DNA from: Alphaproteobacteria bacterium
Lineage (GTDB): Bacteria > Pseudomonadota > Alphaproteobacteria > JAOXRX01
Reading direction: 5' to 3'
DNA length: 64,000 nucleotides
Assembly: GCA_025800285.1 (NCBI GenBank)
Contig: JAOXRX010000037.1
Span: 52,651 to 116,650, forward strand
The position numbers and the translations under genes were made by a program. This document shows, one piece after another, positions 41,878 to 51,452 of the stretch. A model generated the notes under the pieces. The model did no database searches, was not told where the DNA came from, and worked only from the letters and a program-made list of their open reading frames with translations. The number at the start of each line of letters is the position of its first letter. Within the stretch, counting starts at the first letter, position 1.

Positions 41878-42501
41878 TTATTTTTTCTTTTCTTTAATTA
41901 GCTCGTAAGCTTTGTTTATTTCTGCCATTTTCTTTTCTAAAAGACTTATCATTTCTACAGGCATTCCGCAAGCAATTAAATGATCTGGATGATATTTTTT
42001 CACAAGATAATGATATCTTAATTTAAGCTCTTCTTTAGAAACTCCCTCATTAACTCCTAAAATGAAGTACGGATTTGATAAATCATAAACATTATTTATA
42101 TTACAAATCCTTAAAAAAGAACTATTATCTATTTGAAATATTTTTGCAACACTTCTTATCTCTTCTAAAGCCTCATCACTAAGCTTACCATTTGCTTTAG
42201 CTATTTGTATAAAAGCTGACAATAACTCTTCCAAGACTTCTGGGTATTTCTTAAATTTTTTATAAAGAACCTTTGCATGCAAATCAAACCCTTTAATTTC
42301 TTTAGAGGATAAATCAAATATTCTTTCAACATTGCCTATTTCCTCTTTCTTTGATTTAAAGATATCAAAAAAAACTTTCTTTTTTAAGAACAAATCATCA
42401 TCTCCAGCACGAGCAACTTTAGCAGACAAAGACACGATAGCAGAAGTTGTGTTTATCTGCTGATTTATTTCTTTTATCTTGCCTATGATTTTCTTAATCA
42501 T
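41878..42501 (-). CDS. J-domain protein (C-terminal DnaJ domain with HPD; DjlA-like, TerB-like middle region inferred)
   Basis: …NPYFILGVNEGVSKEELKLRYHYLVKKYHPDHL… is a canonical J-domain. The ORF overlaps sufD by 8 nt. Confidence 0.6.
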   Translation of the reverse strand: MIKKIIGKIKEINQQINTTSAIVSLSAKVARAGDDDLFLKKKVFFDIFKSKKEEIGNVERIFDLSSKEIKGFDLHAKVLYKKFKKYPEVLEELLSAFIQIAKANGKLSDEALEEIRSVAKIFQIDNSSFLRICNINNVYDLSNPYFILGVNEGVSKEELKLRYHYLVKKYHPDHLIACGMPVEMISLLEKKMAEINKAYELIKEKKK

Positions 42502-43180
42502 TTTTATTCTCGTTTATAAGATCAAATATTTTCTCTTTTATAGAATTATCACTAACAAACTTTACAGCTTCATCTAAAAATCCATCAATCAGCATTTCTC
42601 TTGCCAAGGATTCTGGAATCCCTCTACTTTGCAAATAGAACACTGCTGTTTTATCCAAGTTTCCAACCGTATTACCATGAGCACACTGAACATCATCATT
42701 ATAAATTTCTAACTCTGGTTTAGCCATAATTTTTGCATCATCTGATAGTACCATAGCTCTGTGCAACTGTTTAGCTTCTGTTTTAACAGCTCCTTCAGCA
42801 ACCAAACTCTTCATTAGAAGATTTGCTCTTGATTTGTCTTTTGCAATACCTCTAATATTTATTGAGGAAGAACATTTTGGCTTATCATGGAAAACATTTA
42901 TGTTAATATTAGCTTCTTGTTTATCTTTTAAAGAGTAAACACCCGCTATATTCGCTTCACAATTTTCTGACTCCATATTGACACTAATATCTATACTATT
43001 AGCTTTATTTATGAAAAAAGTTTCAAAATAAGATTTTTCTTCTTGTTTTACTTTTAGGCAAACATCATCTTCACTATCTAATAAATACAGATATAGTCTT
43101 GCATTTCTTTTTACGACAATGACATCTTCACTGTGAGCATCTATAATTCTATGTTCTGTATTTTCTGTTACATTAAGCAT
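42494..43180 (-). CDS. sufD: Fe-S cluster assembly protein SufD (unusually short, 228 aa)
   Basis: The C-terminal SufBD beta-helix region is recognisable (…QCAHGNTVGNLD…FYLQSRGI…). It follows sufB-sufC. Confidence 0.7.
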   Translation of the reverse strand: MLNVTENTEHRIIDAHSEDVIVVKRNARLYLYLLDSEDDVCLKVKQEEKSYFETFFINKANSIDISVNMESENCEANIAGVYSLKDKQEANININVFHDKPKCSSSINIRGIAKDKSRANLLMKSLVAEGAVKTEAKQLHRAMVLSDDAKIMAKPELEIYNDDVQCAHGNTVGNLDKTAVFYLQSRGIPESLAREMLIDGFLDEAVKFVSDNSIKEKIFDLINENKND

Positions 43181-43911
43181 TATGATTTATACCCTGTCTC
43201 TTCCAGCTCAAGAGCAAGATTCTTATCACCTGTTTTAGTTATTTTTCCATCTGCTAAAACATGAATAAAATCTGGCTGTATATAATCTAACAATCGTTGA
43301 TAGTGAGTAATAATTAAGAACGACCTACCTTCACTTCTAAGTCTATTAACACCGTCTGCGACTTCTCGTAGAGCATCAATATCCAAGCCCGAATCCGTCT
43401 CATCCATAATTATCATATCTGGCTGTAGCATAGTCATTTGCAAGACTTCATTTCTTTTCTTTTCTCCACCTGAGAATCCAGAATTAACTCCTCTTTTACC
43501 CATATCAGAATGAATATGTAAATCTTTAATACTTGCTGATAGAGCTTTCATAAACTCTAAAGTATTCATTTCTTTTTCTCCAAGAAACTTTCTCTTTGAG
43601 TTTATTGCCATTCTTAAAAATGTATTATTTGTAACACCTTCTATCTCAACTGGATACTGAAAAGCTAAGAATAAACCATTATTTGCTCTTTCATCAATAC
43701 TCATGTTTAATAGGTTATGACCTTTAAAATCTACATGACCATCAGTTACCTCATAACCCTCTTTACCTGCAAGAGTATAAGAAAGTGTAGACTTACCTGC
43801 TCCATTAGGACCCATTATAGCATGAACCTCCCCAGGATTAATATCTAAGCTCAATCCCTTGATAATTTCTTTATCTTGTACTTTTACTTTTAAGTTTTCT
43901 ATTTTTAGCAT
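43180..43911 (-). CDS. sufC: Fe-S cluster assembly ATPase SufC
   Basis: Walker A GPNGAGKST, ABC signature LSGGEKKR, and Walker B IMDETDSGLD. Confidence 0.95.
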   Translation of the reverse strand: MLKIENLKVKVQDKEIIKGLSLDINPGEVHAIMGPNGAGKSTLSYTLAGKEGYEVTDGHVDFKGHNLLNMSIDERANNGLFLAFQYPVEIEGVTNNTFLRMAINSKRKFLGEKEMNTLEFMKALSASIKDLHIHSDMGKRGVNSGFSGGEKKRNEVLQMTMLQPDMIIMDETDSGLDIDALREVADGVNRLRSEGRSFLIITHYQRLLDYIQPDFIHVLADGKITKTGDKNLALELEETGYKS

Positions 43912-43924
43912 TTTTATTTCCTAT

Positions 43925-45328
43925 CTAACCTACTGATCCTTCTAGGGATAAACTAATCAATTCTTGTGCTTCAGAGGCAAACTCTAATGGCATCTTAGTC
44001 ATAACATCTGCACAAAATCCATTTACTATAAGAGATACTGCATCCTCTTCTTTTACACCTCTTTGCTGACAGTAAAACAACTGTTGTTCTGAAATCTTAG
44101 ATGTAGTAGCTTCATGCTCTAATATTGAGCTTTTGTTATCATTCTCTACCACTGGGAATGTATGAGCACCACATTTATCTCCTATAAGAAGGCTATCACA
44201 TTGAGTATAATTTCTGGCATTTTCTGCATTTTTTAGCACTTTTACCATTCCTCTATATGAAGATTCCGATTTACCACAGCTAATAGTTTTTGCAATAATC
44301 TTAGAGGTTGTATTCTTCCCAATATGTATCATCTTTGTTCCTGTATCAGCTTGCTGATAATTATTAGTTATAGCTATTGAATAGAACTCTCCTATTGAAT
44401 TATCTCCTTTAAGAATACAACTAGGGTACTTCCATGTTATAGCAGATCCTGTTTCAATTTGAGCCCAACTAATTTTTGCATTATTGTAAGCAGTTCCCCT
44501 TTTGGTAACAAAGTTATATATACCACCATTGCCCTGCTCATCTCCTGCAAACCAATTTTGTACTGTGGAGTATTTAATATCAGCACCATCAAGAGCAACT
44601 AATTCAACAACAGCTGAATGCAATTGATTTTCATCTCTTTGAGGAGCTGTACAACCTTCCAAGTAAGATACAGAAGCACCCTCATCTGCCACGATTAGAG
44701 TTCTCTCAAACTGCCCTGTTTTTTCACTATTAATTCTAAAATATGTGGATAGATCCATTGGGCATTTAACACCTTTAGGAATGTAAACAAAACTACCATC
44801 AGAAAATACCGCAGAATTCAAACAAGCGAAATAGTTATCAGTTGCAGGAACAACTGTAGCTAAATATTTCTTAACTAGCTCTGGATGATTCTTTACAGCA
44901 GATGAGAACGAACAGAAAATTATGCCTAAATCTTCCAACTCTTTTCTATGAGTAGTAATTACAGAGACACTATCAAAAACAGCATCAACTGCAATTTTAT
45001 TTTCCTGAGTCTCATTTATAGGAACACCTAATTTTTCATAAGTTTCTTTAAGCTCTTTATCTTCTTTATTCTCTGGTTCTGAATAATAGAAAATATCTTG
45101 ATAATCTATTTCTGGATAATCTAGCTTAGCCCACTTAGGCTCTTTCATTTGCAACCATTTGCTATAAGCATTAAGTCTAAACTCTAACAACCACTCTGGT
45201 TCTTCTTTTTTAGAAGAAATAAGTTTAATAATTTCTTCATTAAGCCCCTTTGGTATCTTATTGCTTTTTATCTCACTTACAAAACCATATTTATAATGGC
45301 TATTTGCAACTTTTTTTATTTCTTCCAT
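43925..45328 (-). CDS. sufB: Fe-S cluster assembly protein SufB
   Basis: 467 aa with SufB-specific conserved blocks. Confidence 0.95.
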   Translation of the reverse strand: MEEIKKVANSHYKYGFVSEIKSNKIPKGLNEEIIKLISSKKEEPEWLLEFRLNAYSKWLQMKEPKWAKLDYPEIDYQDIFYYSEPENKEDKELKETYEKLGVPINETQENKIAVDAVFDSVSVITTHRKELEDLGIIFCSFSSAVKNHPELVKKYLATVVPATDNYFACLNSAVFSDGSFVYIPKGVKCPMDLSTYFRINSEKTGQFERTLIVADEGASVSYLEGCTAPQRDENQLHSAVVELVALDGADIKYSTVQNWFAGDEQGNGGIYNFVTKRGTAYNNAKISWAQIETGSAITWKYPSCILKGDNSIGEFYSIAITNNYQQADTGTKMIHIGKNTTSKIIAKTISCGKSESSYRGMVKVLKNAENARNYTQCDSLLIGDKCGAHTFPVVENDNKSSILEHEATTSKISEQQLFYCQQRGVKEEDAVSLIVNGFCADVMTKMPLEFASEAQELISLSLEGSVG

Positions 45329-45471
45329 AGAGCTTTTTTATAACAGAAAAAGAAAATAAAATCAATTATTGTTTTAAATAAAAAATAAAATTTTATAAAA
45401 TCAAGCGGATAAAAAAATAGAGAAAAAGATCGAAATCTTTTTCTCTATTTACACTGTTCTTTATGCTAAAA

Positions 45472-48400
45472 TTAATCAGTCCAATTTTCAAGCCAAGCAT
45501 TAAGAGCTGCTTTTGCTTCTTCTAATACTTCGTCTGCTTCTACAGCCATATCTTTTAAATCTTGCATTTCTTCTTTTTGAGAGTCTTTTTCAAGAGCTTC
45601 CATAAAGTTACCAACAATTTTAAGACCAATATTTCTAGACATTCCTTTTAGCAAATGAGCTTTTGATTTTATTTGATCTCTATCATTCTCAGATATTGCT
45701 TCTAGCAAGTCTTTTTGTGCCTCTTGTGAAGATGCTCCAAATTGAGCAACAAGACCTTGGAAAACATCTAAAGAGAAACTTTTCTTAAGATTTCCTAACA
45801 CTTCCATATCTAAATGCTTCATTAATTCTTCTTCTTGTAAATCTATTTTTTCCACAGATCCTCTGTTCCTTTCTAACGCACCCTTTAAATAGTTAGGGTT
45901 AATTGGTTTACCTATAAAGTCATTCATCCCTACTTCTCTACATAACTCTACATCTTTTTGTTTTATATTACCTGTTATAGCTATCACAGGTGTATTTGCC
46001 TTCATTTCATCTGTTAAAGATCTAATTTTTTTAGTAGCTTCTAATCCACTAATACCGGGCAAATCAATATCCATCAATATCGCTAAGAAGTTATTCTTAT
46101 CTATTAGGCTCAAACCTTCTTCCGCAGACCCAACAACTACTGGATTATATTTAAAGGACACCAAATATTCAGATACTATCTTTTGAGAAACAGGATCATC
46201 CTCGACAACAAGAACATAAGGAAGTCCTTTAACTTCTTCATTTTTCTCAATTTGCACAGATACCTCTAAAGATACTGGGTTTTTATGTTTTGGAACAGGT
46301 ATTTTATTCTTTTCTAAGTTTTTGTTAACACTCTCAAAAGAGAATCCTGAACCAACAGCATCTACATTTGCCATTCTAAGCATAGCACCTCTTAGATAAT
46401 CTGGGTCGACAGGCTTACCAATGAAATCATTCATCCCAGCTTTTCTGCAATCTTGTATATCCTCTTCAGAAACATTACCTGTAACAGCAATAATAGGAAC
46501 CTCAGCCTTTTTCTTATCCTCTAAAGACCTTATTCTTTTTGTTGTTTCCAACCCACTCATACCAGGCATATTTATATCCATAAGTATAAGGTCAAACTCT
46601 TCTGCTTTAATCCAATCTATAGCCTCTTTACCACTTCCTGCAACTTTAGTAGTATGGGCATCATTCTTTAAATAGCCTTCAATAATTTTTTGAGAAATAG
46701 CATCATCTTCTACTATAAGAACTCTATCTATTTTATTAGAGCCATCTTCAGATACTTGATTCAAATCTTTTTTCTTCTTCTCTGTATCATCTTCTTTTAG
46801 TTCTTCTTTTACTTCTTTAAGTTTTTCTTCTTTTTTGGCTTTTGTCTTTTTATTATTCTTTTGAGGACCACCTTCTTCTGAAGACTTACCTTCATCTTTT
46901 TCATCTATTAACTTAAATATTTCAAAAAGAGCTTGTTGAATATCTTCTGGAGAAACAGGCTTGCCTAAACAGAAGTTCACACCTTGCTCCATATATCTTT
47001 TCCTGTCTGCTTCCGCCACATTACCAGTAAGAGCAACAACAGGCATATTTTCCACACCTTCTTTTTGTCTTATATACTTACAAACTTCTATACCATTCAT
47101 ATCTGGCAAGCCCATATCTAAGAATACAAAATCAACATCGCCAGCATCTACCATACGTATAGCACTTGCTCCATCAGAAGCATATTTAGGCAATTGACCA
47201 TTTGAAGATAAGTATGACCCTACAACTTTTTGAGAAATAGCATCATCCTCAACAACAAGTACTTCATAAGACCTATCTTTTTGGTTCTCCATATAGTCCA
47301 TTTGCTCTGTTTTTTCTTCAATTGCATCAGCTATATCGAATTCAACTTCCCACCAGAATGTTGAACCATCGCCTTCTTTAGAAATAACTCCTATTTCTCC
47401 TCCCATAGCAACAACAAGCTTCTTACATATACTTAGACCTAGTCCAGTTCCACCAAAGTTTCTTGTAGTTGATTTATCAGCCTGCACAAACTCTTGGAAC
47501 AACTTATCTTTCGCATCTTCTGGAATACCAATACCTGTATCACGGACCTCTGCTCTAATCTTACATCTCTCTCCTGATCTTTTTATACTTCTTAGAGAAA
47601 CATAAACCCCACCCTCTTTTGTAAACTTAATAGAGTTACCTATCAGGTTAAGCATAACCTGTCTAAGCCTTGTTGGGTCACCATTTATAAATTGAGGAAT
47701 AGTATTATCAAAATCAGCTTTTAGCTCTATTCCTTGTTGTTCTGCTCTAGCCTTCATAGTTAGAACAATATTATCTATAAACTTATGTAAATCAAAAGGA
47801 ATGTCTTCCAGCTCCATATGTCCAGAAGAAAGCTTTGAGAAATCCAACACATCATTAAGTAGTGATAACAGTGCCTCACCAGAATAAGTCAAGTTATCTA
47901 GGAATTCTTGTTGTTTTTTATCTAACTCAGTATTAGCTAACATCCTAACCATACCCATAATACCATTCAAAGGAGTTCTAACCTCATGACTTAAGAAAGC
48001 AATATAACCAGACTTAGATTCACTCTCAGCACTTGCTTTATCAGCAATCTGTTGAATCGCTTTACCTCTTTCAGCCATTTTAAGCAATAGATTTGCTTCA
48101 ACTTCTTTTTCTTGCTCTATAATTTTCATTTTATGAGCCTGTTCTGAAACTTCTTTAAAATGTCTCTCTTCTGCTTTTTTTCTTAATATCTCTTCTTTTT
48201 TAGCTCTAATTCTTAAAGATCTTGCTTTCAAAAACCTCACATTCTCTAGAATTGCTGACAAAAATACTGAGAAAAACAAGCAATAAACTATCGGAGCCAT
48301 ATATAGCACAAAGTTATAAACAAAAGACTTCTCTATAGATTTCATTTGAAAAACATCAAATAAGAAAAGAGGTATTAATGCTGCACCCGCTAACAAACAA

Positions 48401-48900
48401 GAAAAACAGTATTTAGAAACTGTTTTTGGTTGTACAGACGAATAATAGCTACCTGTAACAAAGCATGTAAACAATGCAATAATCATACTTGCAAAACTAA
48501 TTGTCTCTTTTATTTTAAATCTAATGGTCGGAATAAAATTCATTGCAATTAAGAACACCAAACAAACTATTAGTGCATTTATATTCTTATTTATTTTTTC
48601 ATTTGTTAATTTTGTACTAAATATGCTTTTACAAAAAGATATGAAAAATATAGCCCAAACCAACATTAGAAAATTTGATATTACAGCAATATCTGTTATT
48701 GATAAGTTTAAGTTAAAAACCTCTACTTCTATCCCCGCTATTTGTTTAACATATATAGCTAAAAGCCCTGAAATAAAAAGTAAAAAAGACCATAAAAACT
48801 TATTGCTCTTTAGTATTTTAAAAAATTTAAAGTTAGTGTATGTTAAGGCTACAACCAAACCTGAGTCTAAATGACTTATTGATTCCATCCAAGAGTACAT
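45472..48900 (-). CDS. Hybrid sensor histidine kinase: multi-TM sensor + HisKA/HATPase + three receiver (REC) domains + C-terminal Hpt
   Basis: H-box LSHEVRTPLNG, N/G1/G2 boxes, three REC cores (VFLDMGLPDMNG; LILMDINMPGMSG; AILMDIDLPGISG), a K/E-rich linker, and Hpt His in SKAHLLKGMSRNIGL. Confidence 0.9.
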   Translation of the reverse strand: MYSWMESISHLDSGLVVALTYTNFKFFKILKSNKFLWSFLLFISGLLAIYVKQIAGIEVEVFNLNLSITDIAVISNFLMLVWAIFFISFCKSIFSTKLTNEKINKNINALIVCLVFLIAMNFIPTIRFKIKETISFASMIIALFTCFVTGSYYSSVQPKTVSKYCFSCLLAGAALIPLFLFDVFQMKSIEKSFVYNFVLYMAPIVYCLFFSVFLSAILENVRFLKARSLRIRAKKEEILRKKAEERHFKEVSEQAHKMKIIEQEKEVEANLLLKMAERGKAIQQIADKASAESESKSGYIAFLSHEVRTPLNGIMGMVRMLANTELDKKQQEFLDNLTYSGEALLSLLNDVLDFSKLSSGHMELEDIPFDLHKFIDNIVLTMKARAEQQGIELKADFDNTIPQFINGDPTRLRQVMLNLIGNSIKFTKEGGVYVSLRSIKRSGERCKIRAEVRDTGIGIPEDAKDKLFQEFVQADKSTTRNFGGTGLGLSICKKLVVAMGGEIGVISKEGDGSTFWWEVEFDIADAIEEKTEQMDYMENQKDRSYEVLVVEDDAISQKVVGSYLSSNGQLPKYASDGASAIRMVDAGDVDFVFLDMGLPDMNGIEVCKYIRQKEGVENMPVVALTGNVAEADRKRYMEQGVNFCLGKPVSPEDIQQALFEIFKLIDEKDEGKSSEEGGPQKNNKKTKAKKEEKLKEVKEELKEDDTEKKKKDLNQVSEDGSNKIDRVLIVEDDAISQKIIEGYLKNDAHTTKVAGSGKEAIDWIKAEEFDLILMDINMPGMSGLETTKRIRSLEDKKKAEVPIIAVTGNVSEEDIQDCRKAGMNDFIGKPVDPDYLRGAMLRMANVDAVGSGFSFESVNKNLEKNKIPVPKHKNPVSLEVSVQIEKNEEVKGLPYVLVVEDDPVSQKIVSEYLVSFKYNPVVVGSAEEGLSLIDKNNFLAILMDIDLPGISGLEATKKIRSLTDEMKANTPVIAITGNIKQKDVELCREVGMNDFIGKPINPNYLKGALERNRGSVEKIDLQEEELMKHLDMEVLGNLKKSFSLDVFQGLVAQFGASSQEAQKDLLEAISENDRDQIKSKAHLLKGMSRNIGLKIVGNFMEALEKDSQKEEMQDLKDMAVEADEVLEEAKAALNAWLENWTD

Positions 48901-48973
48901 AAATGAGATTCTCCTAATAAATATATATATTTTTTATTATTAAATCATTTAAAGCATATTTTCAAGTAAAAAA

Positions 48974-50260
48974 TCAATTAAACACTATGTTAAGCTTATT
49001 AATAGCATCTTTTATAGGAATAAAGAAATTAATCCCTATTGAATATTCGCCTATACCAGAAACACAAATTGCTAATAGATTTCCCTTATCATCTAGCAAA
49101 GGACCTCCGCTATTTCCAGCTTGCACATCAATATCTGTTTGAATTAATTCATAATTAGATCCTTCTTCTTGCCTCCAAGAACTTACCATTCCCTTAGAAA
49201 GAGTGTTTTTTAAAGATGTTAACAAAGGGGTTCCAACCGCATAGACCGTTTCTCCTAGCTCAGCTTGCTGATCTCTTATAGGTAAAAAAGGTAATTTTAA
49301 TCCCTCAGGTACATCTACTTTTAATAAAGCAATGTCTCTAGATTTATGAACCCGTATAATATCTGCATCCATTACTAAACCGTTTTGATTTTCCACAACA
49401 ACAGAATCAACATCCCCAACAACATGATAATTTGTTAACAAATAACCATCTTTAGAGATAAAAAACCCGCTTCCATGACCCGTTGCCGTTCTTATAAAAA
49501 CCGTAGAGTCCATTACTCGATTCATATTTTTCTGTATTTTATCTTTAAAGTTATTTGCTTTTTTTATCTCTAAACCTTTAAAAGGCCACTTTTCTCTTAA
49601 ACTTCTTTTATTTCTTGGTTTTGAAAATATTAATTTTTGAAACTCTTCATTATTTGCTAACTTATTAGCCGCTGAGGCAAAGGCTTCGTTTAACAAAACC
49701 TCTCTTCCAAATAAGTTTCTATTTTTTAATTTATAATACCCTCTAGTTTTTATACTCATAACTATTTCTTTTTTCGCCACTGAATAAACTTGCCAAAAAA
49801 CAGTCATTTCTCCCTCTCCAGAAACACCTTTGAGCCAATAAAAACTTCTATGGTTGCATTCATTCAATTTAATGCCTCTAATTTGAGCTCCAATTCTATA
49901 CCTAGCTCTTTTTTTATCAGAGGTTACTCCATACATTAAGCCAGGATCTCCGACTACATCATATCCTCTTAGGCTCATTTCTTCAAAAAACAAATCTTGA
50001 TAACTCATTTCTTTAGCAATTTTTCTAATCCCCTTCCAAACCAAACTGTCTAAAGAAGAAGAACACTTTAAACTAAGCATTCTTTTACCTATAATTGCTC
50101 CTCGGGGTAAAGAGTAAGAAACTTTATCTAAAATTATTGGCTCTGGCAGATTGTTTTCATATCTATTATGATACTCTATTAATTCAGGCTTTATTATTTG
50201 CATTTTATTACAAGAGCTAATAGCAAAAAGCATAAAAAAACATGTAATTATTTTTTTCAT
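48974..50260 (-). CDS. Lipoprotein with C-terminal trypsin-like (S1/Do-type) serine protease domain and uncharacterised N-terminal domain
   Basis: Lipobox AISSC. Catalytic triad in context: TNYHVV (His), RDIALLKV (Asp), GNSGGPLLD (Ser). Confidence 0.7.
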   Translation of the reverse strand: MKKIITCFFMLFAISSCNKMQIIKPELIEYHNRYENNLPEPIILDKVSYSLPRGAIIGKRMLSLKCSSSLDSLVWKGIRKIAKEMSYQDLFFEEMSLRGYDVVGDPGLMYGVTSDKKRARYRIGAQIRGIKLNECNHRSFYWLKGVSGEGEMTVFWQVYSVAKKEIVMSIKTRGYYKLKNRNLFGREVLLNEAFASAANKLANNEEFQKLIFSKPRNKRSLREKWPFKGLEIKKANNFKDKIQKNMNRVMDSTVFIRTATGHGSGFFISKDGYLLTNYHVVGDVDSVVVENQNGLVMDADIIRVHKSRDIALLKVDVPEGLKLPFLPIRDQQAELGETVYAVGTPLLTSLKNTLSKGMVSSWRQEEGSNYELIQTDIDVQAGNSGGPLLDDKGNLLAICVSGIGEYSIGINFFIPIKDAINKLNIVFN

Positions 50261-50348
50261 TTTTTAATCTTTCTTTTTTAAAAAAATTATCCTATAATCA
50301 TGACGAAATACATTAAAGAAAATTTAACAAATTTACAAGAGGAATTTT

Positions 50349-50696
50349 ATGGAATACGATAAAAATAATATATTTGCAAAGATATTAAGAGGGGAAATAC
50401 CTAACGATACAGTTTATGAAGATGAATATTGTTTAGCATTTAATGACTTGTATCCAAAGTCTGAAGTTCATATCGTAGCAATACCAAAAGGAGAATATAT
50501 CAATTTTGCCCACTTCAATTCTAATGCTAGTGATATAGAAATATCTAATTTCTTTAAGGCTATATCAAATATAATAAGAGAAAAAAACATTGAATTAGGC
50601 TGTCAAATACTTTCAAATTGCGGTGAAAAAGGTGGACAAGAAATTCCTCATTTCCACATGCATATATTAAGTGGGAATAAAATAAAACTTGACTAA
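50349..50696 (+). CDS. HIT-family (Hint) nucleotide hydrolase
   Basis: Histidine triad HFHMHIL. Confidence 0.85.
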   Translation: MEYDKNNIFAKILRGEIPNDTVYEDEYCLAFNDLYPKSEVHIVAIPKGEYINFAHFNSNASDIEISNFFKAISNIIREKNIELGCQILSNCGEKGGQEIPHFHMHILSGNKIKLD

Positions 50697-50736
50697 AACA
50701 TGCTTACATACTAATTTGTTCTTTAAAGGTTGAATT

Positions 50737-51423
50737 ATGAAAAAGAATTTATTTGTATTAATTTTATTGCTGTGCACTTCTTGCTCTTACCAGAAATATA
50801 ATATTTTTGGTGGTAAAGTTATGTACGCAGAAGATATAAAACCAGAATATAAAAAAGCTCAAGCAGTTAAAGAGTATAAAGAAGAAACAATAGTAGCAGA
50901 AAAAGAAGAAAGCTCTAATCGACCTCAGATAAAAGAGTTAAAAGTTGGAGAGTTTCCTAATATAAAAGACATCCCAACAGAGCCTAAAAACTTCCCTAAA
51001 AAAGCTGACATAGATAATCAGAAAAGAGATCTTTTATCAAAAACTACTGTTATAGAAAGTAACTCTGCAATTATAACAGAGTCAATCTTCTCTGGCTTTG
51101 ATGACGAGTTATTGCAATTTACTGTTTCAGATATAATGAGCAGAAACTTACCGAAAGAATATAAAGATCAAAGAGCCTTACTATCCGCTTCAATTAAAAA
51201 TGAAATATCTGCTGATGATTTATCAGCTATAGAACTAATCGCAAAAGATCGTATTATAAATATAAAACCTATATTACTATCTTTCAATAAAGATTCAAAT
51301 GATGCATTTATTGAAGAGACTATCTCTACACTACTATTAATGGGAATTGACCCTTCAATGGTATATGTAAATAGAAAAAATTCATCTAAAAACCTTAATG
51401 CAGAAGTATATCTGTACTACTAA
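50737..51423 (+). CDS. Hypothetical lipoprotein
   Basis: Signal peptide plus lipobox (LLCTSCS). No domain recognised. Confidence 0.5.
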   Translation: MKKNLFVLILLLCTSCSYQKYNIFGGKVMYAEDIKPEYKKAQAVKEYKEETIVAEKEESSNRPQIKELKVGEFPNIKDIPTEPKNFPKKADIDNQKRDLLSKTTVIESNSAIITESIFSGFDDELLQFTVSDIMSRNLPKEYKDQRALLSASIKNEISADDLSAIELIAKDRIINIKPILLSFNKDSNDAFIEETISTLLLMGIDPSMVYVNRKNSSKNLNAEVYLYY

Positions 51424-51452
51424 CAAAATTGTGAAATCATGAGGAGCATAGA

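Noticed and set aside
46680-46900. K/E-rich repetitive stretch inside the hybrid kinase gene as a possible inserted repeat or mobile sequence
   Set aside because: It is in frame and encodes a charged flexible linker between REC1 and REC2, which is ordinary low-complexity linker sequence.
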